The notes under the pieces: generated by a model
Seen by the model: the letters and a program-made list of their open reading frames with translations, nothing else
Databases searched by the model: none
Told to the model about the DNA's origin: nothing
From: Schizochytrium sp. TIO01
Taxonomy: Eukaryota > Protista > Bigyra: Labyrinthulomycetes
Direction: 5' to 3'
Assembly: GCA_004764695.1 (NCBI GenBank)
Contig: SMSO01000004.1
Span: forward strand, 1,922,001-1,986,000
Length of the DNA stretch: 64,000 nucleotides
Program-made: the position numbers and the translations under genes
Shown here: positions 48,787 through 58,922 of the stretch, piece after piece
Layout of the letters: each line of letters starts with the position of its first letter
How positions within the stretch are numbered: the first letter of the stretch is position 1

Positions 48787-50403
48787 TCACAGAGATGAGG
48801 CAGAGCTTAAAGAAGCTGAACGCTTGCGACCCTCTTTAATACTCGGATAGGACTTGTTTGAGTAAGCTGTATTGCGTGTAGGACTTGAAAGCTGGTCTGC
48901 ACGAAACCATTTATCAAACAAGTCCGATCTCAAGAAACGTGGGAATGAATCAGCTCGGAGTAAATTTAAGATTTCCTCTTCACACGCATTGAAGAGTTCA
49001 TACTTTGGAGGTGTCTCAAGCGTCGTAATATCATCCAGACTGAAATATGGAGTTAAAGCTTCACGGACAGAGCGTCGCTGAGAAGATGATACGTTGACCT
49101 CAAGCATACTCTTTTCCCTCAGAAAAGTGTCAAAAATATCACAAGCACGAACAGCTATTTCTCGTGCAGTGCCTTGTTCAGCTTCGTCAAAATCGTCTTT
49201 GTAGCGCTGCACGGCATCTAAAAAGAGAAGGTTTTCCATACTGAATTCAGAAGCCAAGTATTCTGCGAATACATGTTTCAGATCAGGCTGCGTCAGAACG
49301 TCTTCTAATTTATAGGTGCTCTTAAATTGGTTGAAGCTGTGCTTTGTGTAGGTGTATGCAACAGGAAGGATACCTTGTACAACTTGCATAGCAATCACCA
49401 CAAAAACGCAAATAAGGTGATAGTCAAAAGTGCCATTGTCACGCAGAGCACCTACATCGAGAATTCCAAGAATCAAAATTAGATACATAAAGATACCCAT
49501 GAACCACAATGTCAGCAGTTCCCTCACAATGTACAAAGGATCAGGCTCCTTTCGGACATTCCACAACATCCATGACCCCAAAACAAGCACAATGACGCCT
49601 TGAATCCACATAGGCAAACGACGTCGAGAGTCCAGAGTACAACCACGGCAGCCTTCTAGACCGTAAGGACTATCAGGCTGAACACTAAGAACAACACCTG
49701 GAATCAACCCCATTAAGAGCAGAATAAAAACAATCGAGCCAGAAAACATCCGTGACTGCAAGAAAAACGCAACACGAGCATGGGCTTTCGAGGATGAGCG
49801 AGAACTGTCCGATGTGTCTGAGTCCATTTCAGGTTCAAGTTCAACTGCCGGAGTAGGCTGTCCGAGAGCTGTAGCGAGGGCCGCCGCTTCTAGCCTTTTA
49901 GATTCTCGCTGTTGCTTACGTTTCCTGTGGATATAGCGGCCAAAATATGGCAAAACGCGCACTACAGCACCAAGTTGCTTTACCAGAGTAACGGGACCAA
50001 ATTGCCGCAATTCTCCTGGCCGGGATCTCTGGGCCTGATGAAGCAGAATCTTCCCAAATCGAACAGAAGCGTAAAACTGAGCGAGGCGTACTGCCATAGG
50101 TCCGGCACCAAGGCATACAAGAAGATAGTTACACCAAAGGAGCAGGTCACAGGGCATGTACTCAGCACCAAAATAATCCGATGCAGATACAAGTACTACG
50201 TTGCAACTTAATCCAAGACCTCCGGCAATCATGAGACCGAAACTACGTTTGCGGAGAAACGGGTGTCTCCTCCGAATAAGCCACCATAGAACAGAGACCG
50301 TGAGAAGCGGAAGCCAAATAATTAAAGCAACCAAACTAAGATAGCGTGTCACTGTTGTCATGTCCTTTGGCATTTCATCTCTGGTTGGACAAACGGACGA
50401 CAT
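48787..50403 (-). CDS. Seven-transmembrane protein with C-terminal RGS domain (7TM-RGS)
   Basis: Seven hydrophobic segments followed by an RGS box (FAEYLASEFSMENLLFL, IFDTFL, LEVNVS, LFNAC, DSFPRFLRS). First ATG is at 50403. Confidence 0.9.
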   Translation of the reverse strand: MSSVCPTRDEMPKDMTTVTRYLSLVALIIWLPLLTVSVLWWLIRRRHPFLRKRSFGLMIAGGLGLSCNVVLVSASDYFGAEYMPCDLLLWCNYLLVCLGAGPMAVRLAQFYASVRFGKILLHQAQRSRPGELRQFGPVTLVKQLGAVVRVLPYFGRYIHRKRKQQRESKRLEAAALATALGQPTPAVELEPEMDSDTSDSSRSSSKAHARVAFFLQSRMFSGSIVFILLLMGLIPGVVLSVQPDSPYGLEGCRGCTLDSRRRLPMWIQGVIVLVLGSWMLWNVRKEPDPLYIVRELLTLWFMGIFMYLILILGILDVGALRDNGTFDYHLICVFVVIAMQVVQGILPVAYTYTKHSFNQFKSTYKLEDVLTQPDLKHVFAEYLASEFSMENLLFLDAVQRYKDDFDEAEQGTAREIAVRACDIFDTFLREKSMLEVNVSSSQRRSVREALTPYFSLDDITTLETPPKYELFNACEEEILNLLRADSFPRFLRSDLFDKWFRADQLSSPTRNTAYSNKSYPSIKEGRKRSASLSSASSL

Positions 50404-51616
50404 GATATGCTGTTGCTTTGGTTGTTTTACTATTCCTATCTTGATCTGCTTTACCAAAGCAACCGCTGAGGGATTCACTTCCCACGACTGGTGTCGTTGC
50501 AAGTCTTCAAGGTCAGAGTTCACGCTTCAACCTTTGAAGACTTGCGTCTTGGCCCTTTCAAGATAGCAGATAGCTACGCAGAGAGTGCGTGCCAAGGCAA
50601 GCTGCCACTCCACTGGGCAACTCTGCTCACTTGCGTGGATCCTCTGTACCCCACGCAAGCCCCGTTCTCCCTGAGTGTTTTGGCTTTGCTGTAGGACACC
50701 CAGAAAATGAATAAGGTGAAGAAGAAGTACAAGAGGGATTGGAATAGCGTGAAATGTCTCAAGTTAATTGCTGTGCTTGTTGCAAGATTACACTTGCGCA
50801 TGCACGCCTTGAAATTATACTGGACAATATAGTAGGCTTGATGGTAAATGTAAACCCAAGTTGTTGCTCGGGGAACGCTGTTTTCTGCCTGTAAGGCAGA
50901 GGCGTCCTCCAGAGGGCGGTTCGATCCAGTTCGATGTGATTCAATTCTATGGAGCGCCAAGGTTGCGCCGGAGAAGAGCAATTGCTCGTCAAGAATTTGA
51001 GGTAGGTATACAGAACTACCCACAGCACAATACAATTCTTAAAGCTTAATTTTTGAACTAATAATTATTGAACATGGAGTTATCAATAGCTGGGCAGTAG
51101 CCAGTTCTACGCCTGTGTTTCCACCTCCTTTCCAGCAAAGTTGAACTGTCTGGCACCTGCAAGCTTCACGTGCACCAACAAAACTAGAAGTACTTGGTAC
51201 TAGAAGGAGCAGACCGACGTGGCATTCCACCTGAAGGTGACAAGCACAAAGCAGTGCCTGGGCTTAACAAGGTCATACAGCCTCCACCTGCAGATTGTGC
51301 AAAAGTAATAATAGTAGTGAGTGAGTGAGTATTTTTTGGTGGGTGCTCTTAGTGTTTCTTTGAATCTATTTAAGCTGTGCAAGTCAAGTTTAATGTATGG
51401 CTACCGATTGTTCCATCATGACTGATGCATTAACTGTTTCACTTACTATATCAATGATTGATCGAAGCCAACCTGCCACGCTTGCTCAATCCCTTAAAAT
51501 ACAAATGAATGTAAACACTCACGTTAGCTGCATAAATACAATATAAGGTCATCCGGTTTTTAAAGCAATTGTTATTATGCCATACGCCAAAAACCATCGT
51601 ACCAATTACATCCTTT

Positions 51617-51886
51617 CAGATAATGCTTATCTCAATTCTTCAAGGTGCTCTGGGCTGCGGCTAAGCCAGAGCTGGCACTGGCACAGGTGCACAGCTCGAA
51701 GGGCAACATCGGGCCTAGCAGATTTATAATTGAATGGAGATCGTCGAACTATGCGGAACACAGGAAAATTAGCGCAGAAGCCTCCTACAATCACCATAGT
51801 GCTGGTGACAAGTGATTTCGATCTCGATCCGCCCCTGTATAAATTAGATGCCACCTCAGTGGAGTGCTTCCAGTTCACTGTTTGAC
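51617..51886 (+). pseudogene. Degenerate NB-ARC/STAND NTPase-like fragment
   Basis: ISILQGALGCG[+1 nt]KPELALAQVH resembles an NB-ARC Walker A (LxGxxGxGKT/SELALxxxH). Downstream IVLVTS resembles RNBS-B. Frameshifted and stop-interrupted. Confidence 0.35.
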
Positions 51887-52397
51887 GAGGAACTCCTCCA
51901 GCCGCTTACGACCTAGCAATGATGATGAATCTATGTGAATGATCAGGTGGGTTTGGGTCTTATGAGGTAGCCGCGCGTGTAAGAGTTTTGAGGCTAGAAA
52001 TTGCTCTCGAAACACAGCGCATGTGTACCCTCCTCTTCAATTTATTGCTTTGAATAAATAACCCTAATTAGGCGGGTCCCCCTTTGCACTCTTCCAAAAT
52101 TAGGTCCCACCTGAAAATGGATCAATATGATCGATAGTTTTAAAGAAGTGCTGATTATCAATTGATCTGTCTGTGGAACAACCGGGTGCTCAGCTGATAG
52201 CTTGCCAATACAGAGGGTGCGGAACCGGCCTATGGTGTAGGTTTCAAAGTGGTCTGCAGACTACAAGAAAGTGCGAATGAGTTGCGAAGAGTACCAATGT
52301 TGTCCAGCGTGCACAAGTTTTGATAGTGCAAATGATGGAACAAAGGGATCATAAATCTGCGACAAACTTTTTAGCCCATTCTACCGGATTTCCGCCG

Positions 52398-52519
52398 CGC
52401 CCGGCAGCGATCTAGCTTTGAGGAAACAGCGGTAGTTCTTCAGAGCAGCCTTTTATTACGCCCGGCAGCGATCTAGCTTTGAGGAAACAGCGGTAGTTCT
52501 TCAGAGCAGCCTTTTATTA
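52398..52519. repeat. Perfect 61-bp tandem duplication
   Basis: CGCCCGGCAGCGATCTAGCTTTGAGGAAACAGCGGTAGTTCTTCAGAGCAGCCTTTTATTA at 52398-52458 and 52459-52519. Confidence 0.97.
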
Positions 52520-53027
52520 GGACTTCGTGTTTATCATGAATACATTAATGGTATCTAGAATCTTCATTCACCGTGGAATCGCTGAGAAGACAGAATGCCT
52601 GGCTACAAATGAATGTTGAACACATAAAAAAAAATAGTGCGCTATATTTCACTGAGCCAACCATACATGACAGTTCTTGCGATGGCATATGACAACTATA
52701 TTAGAATCAACAACGGTCAGATGTAGAAGTAGGTAGTAAGTGAGAACCACGCCAAAACAGATAAAAATATGCATTTTATATCCTCCAGATTGCAAAATAG
52801 CATATTGGATATTATTTAATATACAAATTGAATGGCTGATAGGATCAAACAAGTTTTCTATTCGAATATTGCTGGACGTACTTTAATCATGGTCACAGAG
52901 CTAAAGCGAATTTTGATTTCTGGCATGCTCCATTACCTCTACTAAATCCTCATAAAATTAGCAGTATAATGATAGACATGATTGTACAATAAATGAAGGT
53001 CTTCTACTAAAGCAGATGCTTTCAAAT

Positions 53028-55088
53028 TTAGTCCCAAAACGACCCACCCGCATCTGAAGATTCCGTTTCGTCTTTGTTTTGCAAATTAATGAACAAATCG
53101 ATGCTTCCCATATTGTGCATTGAGAATAGCGGGCCTTGAGCTCCTACGCCTTGGGACTCTTGCATTTTGCGACGAAAAGACTTTGCTCGTGGAGAGAGCT
53201 CCATTGGCGCGGGGACTTCTTCCTGCCCTTTGAAAGAAGAGTTGAGTGAAACGACACGAGCTCGATCCGCTGCTTGCTCCTCCTCATCAAGCTTGCCGCT
53301 CAGTACTTTCTGTCGTCTTGCAAGACTTAAACGCATTTCTTCAGCAAGAGATAGTTGTGTTTTGGGTCTAGCAACTGTTCCTTCCTGTGCAGCTACTGTT
53401 TGGGGGCGAGCGTTTTGCTTCGCGATAGATTGCGAGGAACCAATTTGCCGCGAATCAGCATTCCTTAGTTTGGCTTTGCTTTCTGGGGCACGAATTGCTG
53501 CAAGAAGACCTGCCATGTCTATGTGTTCGAGCGGGGAGGATGCTGGGGGGGCTGTGGGCACCTTCGAGGAGACTTGAATGTTTAGTAGCTCCGGGGTTGT
53601 AGAATGCAGGTCTTGTTTAGAAGACATAGAGGCATTGCCATTGTGACCAAAATTCAGATTCGAATGCAAAATCGATGTATTTTCGATCTCACATTTTTGT
53701 TTCTGTAATCCATTATAACCCTCTTCTCCAGCATCACCAGAATGCTTTGGTTCTGATTTTGAAGGCACGGTGTTTATTGCATCTGCTCCTCCAACGCCAG
53801 TTTCCACGCCCTCGATTCTTTGTTGGTGCTTCTTTGGGTTATCATTCTGCTTGCAGTTCGCATTCTTTACATTGGTTTGTTCTTGCAAAGCTTGTGGCAG
53901 CTGTTCTGAATGTTTATAGCGTACCTGATCTTCGTCTTTGGCGTTGACGATAGCCTCTTGGGCTATATTAGCGGTCGAAAGATTTGTCTTAACAGCTGGA
54001 TCTTGGTGCGGTGGATGTTCCTCCAGGATCGGCACGACAGTTGGAAGGCTTCTCTTTTGAATTTCGTCTCCTGGAATGACAAGTTGCGTGGGCCTTTTGG
54101 ACCCATAGTTTACGTTTGAGGATGTTGATAAGGTAGATACTCTGGAACTTGAGTTGTTGTGAAGTGACCTGTCCTTAACGTCAAACGCTTCATCTACTAT
54201 ATCAGGGAATGAAAGCTTCGAAGGCATACCTGGTAGTGCAGAGTGACTAGGTTGGGGGCGATATGCAACCTCATAGTGTGTTCGAATGCGAAATGGCTCA
54301 TCATCTTCTTCACCATCCTGCAGAATTGAGAGCGGGGGATCATCTAAACCTGAATCATCTTCTAGTGAAGCACGAAGCGACAAGCTCTCCATTCCTATAG
54401 TTGGCAATCCCTGACGCAAATACTCACGCGAGCGAGATTTTCTGCCAACTACTGCTAGGCGCTTAAGAGCGATGGCCGCATTTTCAGAAGAAGTTTGTGA
54501 TACCGTACGCAGAGAGGGTTCTGCATTGTCCGACGCAGCATGATAGACCCGTTCTTGAGTATCCTGCAGGACCTCCTTGTACACTCGTAGACGCTCAGTT
54601 GAAGGTCTTCCAGAAGATTGACTGACTTTCGAAGTGGAGCTTTTTGATCGTGAAGGCGTTGTATCAGGTTTCATTTGTGTATGAAGTTTACGAGATGCAA
54701 CATGATTGAGGTGATGGGAATCATCGATGTCGAGAAAAACTCGCTTGTGAAAGTCAGGACCTTCATAAGGATACTTAGCGGAGGCTGTGACTACAGTTGC
54801 AAGTCCCTTTTGTTTCTCAGCAATTTCACCGAGCTGCCTTGATGCAAGTCGCAACCTGCTCGACAAACGGTCTGCATGCTCTTGTGTCTCAAGTATTTTG
54901 GCCTCTATAGCCCGAAAACAACGGTCTGCTGTGACCTCAAGATTTACAAGAGTATCTACAATACTACCTAAGCCATCTTCACAGTTTGCGGGGGCTTTGG
55001 AGGGAGAATCCGCCCCAAAATATATAGATCTCTCGTTGAAGTCAACGTTGTCCTCCACAAAGATCACTTCCAAGCCACTCCCATCCAT
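53028..55088 (-). CDS. WASHC1: WASH complex subunit 1 (Arp2/3 nucleation-promoting factor)
   Basis: N-terminal WAHD-like region (IVDTLVNLEVTADRCFRAI...ATVVTASAKYP), LDDPPLSI and YRP..LP motifs. C-terminal WH2 (GLLAAIRAPESKAKLRNA), central region (LAEEMRLSLARRQKVLSGK) and acidic end with Trp (SDAGGSFWD). First ATG is at 55088. Confidence 0.85.
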   Translation of the reverse strand: MDGSGLEVIFVEDNVDFNERSIYFGADSPSKAPANCEDGLGSIVDTLVNLEVTADRCFRAIEAKILETQEHADRLSSRLRLASRQLGEIAEKQKGLATVVTASAKYPYEGPDFHKRVFLDIDDSHHLNHVASRKLHTQMKPDTTPSRSKSSTSKVSQSSGRPSTERLRVYKEVLQDTQERVYHAASDNAEPSLRTVSQTSSENAAIALKRLAVVGRKSRSREYLRQGLPTIGMESLSLRASLEDDSGLDDPPLSILQDGEEDDEPFRIRTHYEVAYRPQPSHSALPGMPSKLSFPDIVDEAFDVKDRSLHNNSSSRVSTLSTSSNVNYGSKRPTQLVIPGDEIQKRSLPTVVPILEEHPPHQDPAVKTNLSTANIAQEAIVNAKDEDQVRYKHSEQLPQALQEQTNVKNANCKQNDNPKKHQQRIEGVETGVGGADAINTVPSKSEPKHSGDAGEEGYNGLQKQKCEIENTSILHSNLNFGHNGNASMSSKQDLHSTTPELLNIQVSSKVPTAPPASSPLEHIDMAGLLAAIRAPESKAKLRNADSRQIGSSQSIAKQNARPQTVAAQEGTVARPKTQLSLAEEMRLSLARRQKVLSGKLDEEEQAADRARVVSLNSSFKGQEEVPAPMELSPRAKSFRRKMQESQGVGAQGPLFSMHNMGSIDLFINLQNKDETESSDAGGSFWD

Positions 55089-55615
55089 CTCTTTCTCCAC
55101 AGGGCTTCTCTAGGGGAGACAATGCCCCAATGGCACTTGGTGTATGTCCTTGGCTACCTTGATCGCCCTCTAGTACGCCTCTAGCCATGCGATGGCGCCA
55201 GTACAAGTTTTGATTTGATCTGCGACGTGTTCTTCTATCCTGAGATCCGTGAGAAAGAAAAAGAAAGAGATAGTTTCATTTTACCTATCTATCTATCTCT
55301 AGATAGGGATACCCTCACTACGTTAAATTCAAGATTGTTGCATCGACAACTCGAATGCTTTTCTTCACGCACAAGGTTTGATCTGAGTTGGGAAGCAGCT
55401 CAAAAGCTCAAAATAATGGCAAACCCTGCCCATCCAGTCACGCCAAGACAGGCAACCCTAGGAGAAAGTGGATCAATATTTGTAATAGATCTTGCTTTGG
55501 TCTTTAGTTCCTGTGCGAATTCTCCTCTCCTATTCTCTACCTGAAGAGCCACACAGTGGTTGATCTTCAAATCTTCAAACAGACAAACAGCATCGAAATA
55601 CCGCTCTCCAAAGCA

Positions 55616-56890
55616 ATGACGTCCACCAAGGTTGGCACCAGCGAGGCCTTTCTGCGGCGATTCGGACGCCGCAGACCCGCTCCGGCACGTCAAGCTCACG
55701 CTGAGGCCGGCGATCTTCTGCGTGGTTTCTTGGGTAGAGCTGACGGAGAACTTGGAGATGGACAGGAAGGACGAGCTCTTGCAAAATTTACATCAAGATC
55801 TGCGTCCCAATCAACTGTAGCCAATGCAAATTCCAAGGATGACTTTGATGATAATTTCTTGGAAAACCTGGCATCTATGCCAGCGATGAGCGATGCCGTG
55901 GCAGGTATGCGAGTGGTGATGCGGAGGTACGAAGCTACGTTAAATGTGATGCCAATCCCAGCAGCATTTGTGCATCATATTTATGGCGTTGTGGAACACA
56001 GAAGCTCTGTAGATCAGGAACTTCAGGCTGCAAGGCAAGAAGGTGTCGTGCGAATGTTTTACGTGAACTCGGGCAAGTCGGATCGCATCGTAACGCTGGA
56101 GAGTGACTATAGGTCCTTAGTGAGCAAACTCGCTGATGACCTTCAGGCAAGAAATTGCCTTTCAGAGGCTATGACATTGCGAAGATTCAGAGACCGGGTT
56201 TTACCAAGATGTAGGGAGCTCAGCATATCTGCAAATGATCTGCTAAGGCTCCTGGCCTCGGATCCACAGAGGCAAAACGACCATGCTGTTGAGGAGCACG
56301 AAACTTTTTATGCATCGGAGGCGGCTGCGAGGGCCACCGCAAGAGCACTTGAAGGAAACTCGCGTAAGTCGCCAAGGACTATTCTCTGCGAGGCGGAGCT
56401 TCTTGTGCGTCGTATCGACGTATTTGAAGCAAATAGTTATTGGATAACACTCCCAGGACTTGGAGGCGTGGTTAAACCTATCAAACGTGGCCGCAAGGCC
56501 ATAATAGAAGCCATTGAGCGAAAGAAGAACAAAGAGATCCTTGAGAGAGATCTATACTCGATGGTAGATATGCAGCGCCATAGACGGACAAAGCGCTCAC
56601 GAGGGCACGTGGGCCAACAGGATCGTGATTTTGATGCTGGTGCTGAGGGAGCTGGCGCTGCCACTGGGGCCAGCGCACAGACAGCAAAATTAGTGAAGGC
56701 AACAGAAACGTTAGGCCTCGAATTCCATATTATGGATGCCATACAAGTTGGTCTCGTGCAATCTATTCGTACAGGTATGGGCATCTTGCTTAAGTTGACG
56801 TCTCTTGCTACAGATGTTAGTTCCCAGCATCTTGACCCTGCCCCAAGCTCATCAACGTCGGCGCCACGTTTAGGCCGGAGATCTCGCTAG
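55616..56890 (+). CDS. STK19: STK19-family winged-helix protein
   Basis: HHIYGVV..RSSVDQEL, SYWITLPGLGGVVKPIKRGRKAIIEAIERKKNKEILERDL and LGLEFHIMDAIQVGLVQSIRTGMGILLKL match the STK19 pattern. First ATG is at 55616. Confidence 0.85.
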   Translation: MTSTKVGTSEAFLRRFGRRRPAPARQAHAEAGDLLRGFLGRADGELGDGQEGRALAKFTSRSASQSTVANANSKDDFDDNFLENLASMPAMSDAVAGMRVVMRRYEATLNVMPIPAAFVHHIYGVVEHRSSVDQELQAARQEGVVRMFYVNSGKSDRIVTLESDYRSLVSKLADDLQARNCLSEAMTLRRFRDRVLPRCRELSISANDLLRLLASDPQRQNDHAVEEHETFYASEAAARATARALEGNSRKSPRTILCEAELLVRRIDVFEANSYWITLPGLGGVVKPIKRGRKAIIEAIERKKNKEILERDLYSMVDMQRHRRTKRSRGHVGQQDRDFDAGAEGAGAATGASAQTAKLVKATETLGLEFHIMDAIQVGLVQSIRTGMGILLKLTSLATDVSSQHLDPAPSSSTSAPRLGRRSR

Positions 56891-57250
56891 ATGAAACCTG
56901 TAGAAAATTGATGTTAACTTAAATTTGCAGTTTATTTGTATCAAGTTATTTGAGAGGTTCAGTTTAGTCTTGTCCAGCCATAGACCCCGGAAGAAAACCT
57001 TCTTTAGTGAAATTTAAGTGGAAGCCCAACACTAAATAGCCAACGGCAGGGATAATGATTTTAGTGACTGGTGTGTTTCATTCGTTGACATGCACACGTT
57101 CTATCTATTCACTTCATTTCTTGCAGCGGATAGTGAGGTCGGTATGAACAAAACTTTTCTGAATGTCTGCGAAAAATGTCTACATCAACGTTTAGGTTCT
57201 CTGTTCATACTGTTGAAATTCAGTACATATACAAGATCAAGATTACATGA

Positions 57251-58567
57251 TTATAAATTCCCCTCCACGCGCGGGTGTTTGGGAGCTAGCTTAGGCAGGG
57301 CTTTGAAAGCTTGTGGGATTTGGCCCTTGCGAACTTGAAGGAGGTTCTGCGTCAAAAATGCGAAGGAGAGGTTGTGCAAGCCACCGAGTTCCCCTGGAAT
57401 AGTACCTGTCAGCCGGTTGTTTGCCAAGCTCATCCATTCCAAATCCTTCAAATTCCCTAGTGAGGGGGGTATTGGTCCTTGAAGTTGGTTGTTTGCAAGG
57501 TTAAGCCACCGAAGCTTGCTTAATGTCGAGATGCTACCAATGCCACCCTGAAGCTTGTTCATGCTGAGATCAAGTGCTCGGAGTTCCGATAAACTCCGCA
57601 GACGGCTCAGATCATCCAATGAACCTTGCAGTCCATTTCGATCAAGTCGAATCGAAATAATATGGCCTTCCTCGCAAACAATGCCATCCCATGGTAAGAG
57701 GCATGGATCTTCCGAATCACTAGGTTGGGGTCGGTCGTGCCCTCCCCAAGCAGCCCGCACAATACGTGACTGGGTTTTTCCTAAGTTGTCTATCATGCCT
57801 AACGCTGAGTCAGTGTTGATGTTAGGCTGTTTATCAGCTGCTGGTGAAACTTTCACGTTTGTATCAGCTTCTCCGCCTTTCCCGTCGGATTCGTCAAAGC
57901 AGTGTGAAACTAGCATCTCCCAGCCTGCTTTATGACGCCAATTTGAGCCGTCCAAATGGCAAAAGAACTCCTTGAGAGCTAACATTTCTTTTTCAACAAT
58001 CTTACCAGAAGATGGGGTGGGTAAGGGTACCCATCCCGTTTTCTCAAGCGGTACCAACGGAGCATGTTTTATAGGTTTGAGGTCATAGCGTCCCATTTCT
58101 GCACCCCATCGATATACATTCCAGTCGCCGGTGTCCCAAAGCACCCTCGCCGCGCGATCAGTTTCATCATTCCAGTTTACTATTTCCACAACGGTGCCAG
58201 GCAGCTTGCCGTCCTGATTGTACCAAACCCAGTCAGGCCCTCTTTCTACACGCTGGCCTACTCGAAGAGCCTTAAAACTCCCTGTAAATTCCCCAAGAAG
58301 CTCCTCTTCATCATCAGATCTTGCATCACAGAACGCAAGATCCACATTGTCAAATGCTTCTGCTGCATCGCCATCTCGGATTGCCTCTATCGACTTAGTT
58401 ATTGGCGTGGAGAACTCCACAGAGGTTGCCTCAACGTCTTCTGAAAATGCTGCCGATGTAATTGCTGTATCGTCCGCAACCGCGAACTGTTCGTCCAGAC
58501 CAGCGCTATTGCCTAGATCTAAGATTGAGAACAATGCAAGCGCTAGCAATGTCAAAGGGTAGCGCAT
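57251..58567 (-). CDS. Secreted protein: signal peptide + Mib_herc2 domain + LRR N-cap + plant-type LRRs
   Basis: Hydrophobic N-terminus MRYPLTLLALALFSIL. VGQRVERGPDWVWYNQDG...GTV...VLWDTGDWNVYRWG..GRYDLK is Mib_herc2. ALKEFF..LDGSNW...DPC..WDGIVC cap, then about five LxxLxLxxNxLxGxIP repeats. Confidence 0.9.
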   Translation of the reverse strand: MRYPLTLLALALFSILDLGNSAGLDEQFAVADDTAITSAAFSEDVEATSVEFSTPITKSIEAIRDGDAAEAFDNVDLAFCDARSDDEEELLGEFTGSFKALRVGQRVERGPDWVWYNQDGKLPGTVVEIVNWNDETDRAARVLWDTGDWNVYRWGAEMGRYDLKPIKHAPLVPLEKTGWVPLPTPSSGKIVEKEMLALKEFFCHLDGSNWRHKAGWEMLVSHCFDESDGKGGEADTNVKVSPAADKQPNINTDSALGMIDNLGKTQSRIVRAAWGGHDRPQPSDSEDPCLLPWDGIVCEEGHIISIRLDRNGLQGSLDDLSRLRSLSELRALDLSMNKLQGGIGSISTLSKLRWLNLANNQLQGPIPPSLGNLKDLEWMSLANNRLTGTIPGELGGLHNLSFAFLTQNLLQVRKGQIPQAFKALPKLAPKHPRVEGNL

Positions 58568-58922
58568 GGAGCTACACTATGACGGCTTCGAGACCGCGAT
58601 TCGAATAAATCGTTCTACTTGCACCAAGATAATCATTCCTTTTTGTAGGCGTTAAAGTCTGGCGTGGATGCTAGAGCATCCAGAGTACTCTTAGCCTCTT
58701 ATTTAACTATAACTGTAACAGTAAACAGGCTTGAAAAGTAAAAGTATAAGATTGGTCAGATCTGAGGAGACTAAGGAGACAGAATTCCCCCCTGAATGGC
58801 GATCGAAGAGAATTCTAGTTGGTATTAATATCAGAGAAATGTCTTTTATTTGAACAAACTATATTAATGTATGGGCTGGGGCTTTAGTTTCTAAAGAGGG
58901 TTGTGCATGCTGATGCGTGTTT

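Noticed and set aside
52446-52459. GCCTTTTA resembling U5 snRNA loop 1
   Set aside because: Lacks the exact GCCUUUUAC loop, flanking stem and Sm site. It lies in the tandem duplication.
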